Virus record (IMG/VR): IMGVR_UViG_3300044723_008170
Span: 1-50,564 of that record
DNA length: 50,564 nt
From: a virus
Lineage: Duplodnaviria; Caudoviricetes
Direction: 5' to 3' (one strand)
In this document: positions 47,834 to 50,564 of the stretch, in pieces
Position numbering within the stretch: position 1 is the stretch's first letter
Layout: each line of letters begins with the position of its first letter
Notes under the pieces: generated by a model
Told to the model about the DNA's origin: nothing
The model's database searches: none
The model's input: the letters and a program-made list of their open reading frames with translations, nothing else
Position numbers and translations under genes: made by a program

Positions 47834-49212
47834 TACGTAAATCTCCGAGTGTCTAGTCTACCCGCGATTGGCTTGCTACTTCTACGCGGTGTGGACTCTG
47901 GCCCAACTTTTCTTCCTGTTTCTGGTGGCAATGCATTAATATAATCAGGAGAAAGTTTTCCTTCAGCAATCATTGAACCAACAAACTGTTTATTTGTTGC
48001 AGTGTTTGGATCTCTCATCTTAGATCTAATTTCTGGTGTTGTTAATTTACGAGTAGAAATGCCACCATATTCTACAGTTTTATCAATCTGATTTTTCATA
48101 ATAGCACCAGGATCAATGTCAACCTGTCTTACACCAAATGAAGATTGATGCAAGTAAGCATCCATCTTTGCATTATTTGTTAATACAGTAGCTTTAGGAT
48201 CTACATCAGTAGCCGTTTCAGTTGTATACACACCTGATCCGCCTCCTGGACCAGGAGCAGCTGAAGTATCAGCATCACCTGCTCTTGCTGCTTTACCAGC
48301 TAAGTCACCGTGGAATGTAGTAGCGTGCATTGATGTAGAGTTGACTCGATCAGAATAGGTAGTGGCAGTGGTGATAGTATCAACAGCTTCAATAGAGTGA
48401 CCGGTGTACATATTATAGTTGTACATAATAATATTCTCGCCACCGACTGTACCGCTATCACCAATAACAGTCAGAGACTTAGCACCAATATTGATATTAG
48501 GTGATGACATTGTAATAATATCTTCAGCTGTTAACACAAGGCTTCCACCACTCAGCTGTTCAATGTTACCCTCTACATAATTTCGAAGAACACCTTTTGT
48601 GATATTATTTCTATCACCAAGAATAGTTTCAGTATTAGTACCGAGCGTATAAGATGATCTATTTTTCTTTACAGTTTGTTCAAAATTCTTTTCAACTAAA
48701 TCTTTTCTTCCACCACGTGTTTCTTCGAACTTATCGCCAGACGTAACTACATTAAAGTTACCACCGACTTTGAGGTCAAAATCACCAGTAACATTAAGTG
48801 TAAGATTACCATTGTAGGAGATTTCACCATCACCTTCTACAATAACCTTCTCGTCTCCGCCAGTGACTCGTACAGTGTTATCAACAGAACTAATGATAAC
48901 AGTTCCATCTGCTCTCATCTCGATACCAGATCCAGTGCGATGGCGATATAACATACGCTCATTACCGGGTGTATCATCAATCTCAACAATATGGCCGGTA
49001 ATGGTTTTCTTTACGTTATTCTTTGGATACTGCGAAGGAAGAAGAGGTCTTAACCCAAGATCAACTGTAATATCTCCGCCGCCGAGATATACTTTATTTG
49101 TCTTGCCACCTCGCACAGCCTTATTTGTCGAAGGTTGATTCGAATATTCGGGGAGAGGATATTGGCGATTAGCATCTTTGAATCCATCTACAACTGTTGG
49201 TCTTCTTGCCAT
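47833..49212 (-). CDS. gp5: Baseplate hub/spike protein, gp5-like (beta-helix part, with no OB fold or lysozyme domain)
   Basis: YP.N.V..T..GH..EIDDTPG.ER....H..G...E followed by V.G[DN] beta-helix repeats. GGAG RBS favours ATG 49212. Confidence 0.8.
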   Translation of the reverse strand: MARRPTVVDGFKDANRQYPLPEYSNQPSTNKAVRGGKTNKVYLGGGDITVDLGLRPLLPSQYPKNNVKKTITGHIVEIDDTPGNERMLYRHRTGSGIEMRADGTVIISSVDNTVRVTGGDEKVIVEGDGEISYNGNLTLNVTGDFDLKVGGNFNVVTSGDKFEETRGGRKDLVEKNFEQTVKKNRSSYTLGTNTETILGDRNNITKGVLRNYVEGNIEQLSGGSLVLTAEDIITMSSPNINIGAKSLTVIGDSGTVGGENIIMYNYNMYTGHSIEAVDTITTATTYSDRVNSTSMHATTFHGDLAGKAARAGDADTSAAPGPGGGSGVYTTETATDVDPKATVLTNNAKMDAYLHQSSFGVRQVDIDPGAIMKNQIDKTVEYGGISTRKLTTPEIRSKMRDPNTATNKQFVGSMIAEGKLSPDYINALPPETGRKVGPESTPRRSSKPIAGRLDTRRFT

Positions 49213-49214
49213 TA

Positions 49215-50564
49215 TTAAATCTCCACCCATGTATTTGATTGTTTATCATATGTAAAGTTATTATTCATAAGATCTTTCTTTAGTGCAAGTAACTGAGAAT
49301 CAACATCTGCTTGTTCATTATATTTTTTATTTAAATCATTTGTCACAAAGTCCGGAAGTTCCTTACCGTATTTTTGCTTTGTTGTTTTTTCAATATTTTT
49401 AATATTTGAGTCTAATCTTTCAGATCTTCTCAACAACTTAGTATATTCTTCTGAAGCTGCTTTTAACTGCTCTTCAGTAGGTTCTGATTTTCCAGCAGGA
49501 GGAGTAGTTTCTACAGGCTGAGGCACCGTCTTTGGTACTAACGGTGGCTCTTCTGGCAAATTAACTCGAGAAGGTTTAACAACTTCCACTGGCTTCTGTG
49601 TATTCACTTCTTCTGGCGCAAGGAGTTTAGTTGTTACTGTATTTGTCTTTTTATATTTGCTGGATATATATGTCTCTACATCAAATCCTGGACCCGTAGG
49701 TAAATCATCATTATAAAAAGTTTGAGCTCCAACAATCGAACCACCCGGAATAGCATTATAGAATGCTGTAATGAATGCATCAAAAGCTTGCCACTGATTA
49801 GGTGTAATAGAGTCTGAAGTAAGTTTAGCTGCAGGATCATCGTTAGGTCCATTAAAACCAGCAATGAATCCTATCTTCAATCCATTTTCTTCTTTTATGT
49901 TTGCAGACTTTGGAACAAAATCATTGAGAGAAAGAGGCCGGCCTCTCTGAATAACACCATCTTTACGAATAACATAGTGCCATTCAATTTTACCAAACGT
50001 AGGATCATTTGCAACTAACCTTGAAAATGCTCGAGCGCCAAGTCCGTTAATTTGTCTATAAGTATGAAACTCATTTAATTGATATGAATCCCAGTCACGA
50101 TTCGAATAAGTCGTAGACCAATATACTATAGATGTTGTCAAAGGTCTTTTGCAATTTCTAATTTCAGATTCAAGTTCTTCAAATCCTCCGACTTCTGTAA
50201 ATTTATAACTGGCTGGAAGAGGGAATGTAAAGTCCGAAGCACCGGCACTTAAATTTAGTGGAGGCTCTGAGACCTGAACACTTGGTGGTAAAGGATTAGT
50301 TTCTCTCAGATTACTTCTAATATTAGTAGATGCATCTGGCAAAATAATACTTGGCGGAGCTACTGCATTATCTGGTAATACAAAATCTTTTGGCAGACTA
50401 GGCATTTCTTGTCCAAAGGATTGCACCTGAGGAATAGATAAACTCTTTCCAAGAACTGCACCTAATAAATTACCAAAGTCTAGGCCGAGTGAACCAAATC
50501 CTATTTTATTTGTTACTGCATCAACAGCTTTAAATGGATTATTCAGAAGATTCATTGTTCTAGT
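49215..50564 (-). CDS. Protein with a degenerate T7-lysozyme/PGRP-type amidase domain, probably 5'-truncated by the window edge
   Basis: IVYWS...WHYVIRKDG.IQRGRP...IGF.AG...T..Q...IVGA...GPGFDV. The frame stays open from 50555 to the end of the window. Confidence 0.7.
   Translation of the reverse strand, partial: TRTMNLLNNPFKAVDAVTNKIGFGSLGLDFGNLLGAVLGKSLSIPQVQSFGQEMPSLPKDFVLPDNAVAPPSIILPDASTNIRSNLRETNPLPPSVQVSEPPLNLSAGASDFTFPLPASYKFTEVGGFEELESEIRNCKRPLTTSIVYWSTTYSNRDWDSYQLNEFHTYRQINGLGARAFSRLVANDPTFGKIEWHYVIRKDGVIQRGRPLSLNDFVPKSANIKEENGLKIGFIAGFNGPNDDPAAKLTSDSITPNQWQAFDAFITAFYNAIPGGSIVGAQTFYNDDLPTGPGFDVETYISSKYKKTNTVTTKLLAPEEVNTQKPVEVVKPSRVNLPEEPPLVPKTVPQPVETTPPAGKSEPTEEQLKAASEEYTKLLRRSERLDSNIKNIEKTTKQKYGKELPDFVTNDLNKKYNEQADVDSQLLALKKDLMNNNFTYDKQSNTWVEI

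Noticed and set aside
1-50564. tRNA, rRNA, integrase, transposase or homing endonuclease
   Set aside because: None was recognised, and the intergenic gaps are too short to hold typical RNA genes.

Overview
This is a 50.6 kb piece of a T4-like (myovirus) phage genome, probably aquatic. The host cannot be determined from the sequence. Read right to left on the minus strand, it carries a baseplate/tail module: a catalytically dead amidase-like protein, a gp5-like protein, gp25, gp6, gp7-, gp9- and gp8-like wedge proteins, a split DUF4815/VrlC-like protein and several fibre proteins. These are followed by a tandem array of eight paralogous six-repeat Kelch-like propeller proteins, a sulfotransferase and a double 2OG-Fe(II) oxygenase. 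A ~10.4 kb mixed-strand enzyme island (22.2-32.7 kb) sits inside the structural genes. It encodes six glycosyltransferase-like proteins, a carbamoyltransferase, a methyltransferase-like protein, an SGNH protein, a radical SAM enzyme, a degenerate QueC-like protein and two hydroxylases. Its first genes start at a palindromic, bidirectional T4-type late promoter shared with the fibre genes. The most striking signal is an Asp-Ser (DS, mostly DSA) dipeptide that is very frequent in fibres, adaptors and peripheral baseplate proteins but absent from the propeller domains and rare in inner baseplate proteins. Together with the island, this suggests a phage-encoded virion glycosylation/decoration system with a readable sequon. 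That is a hypothesis. All family assignments come from motif recognition by eye and all counts are hand counts; no database search was run.
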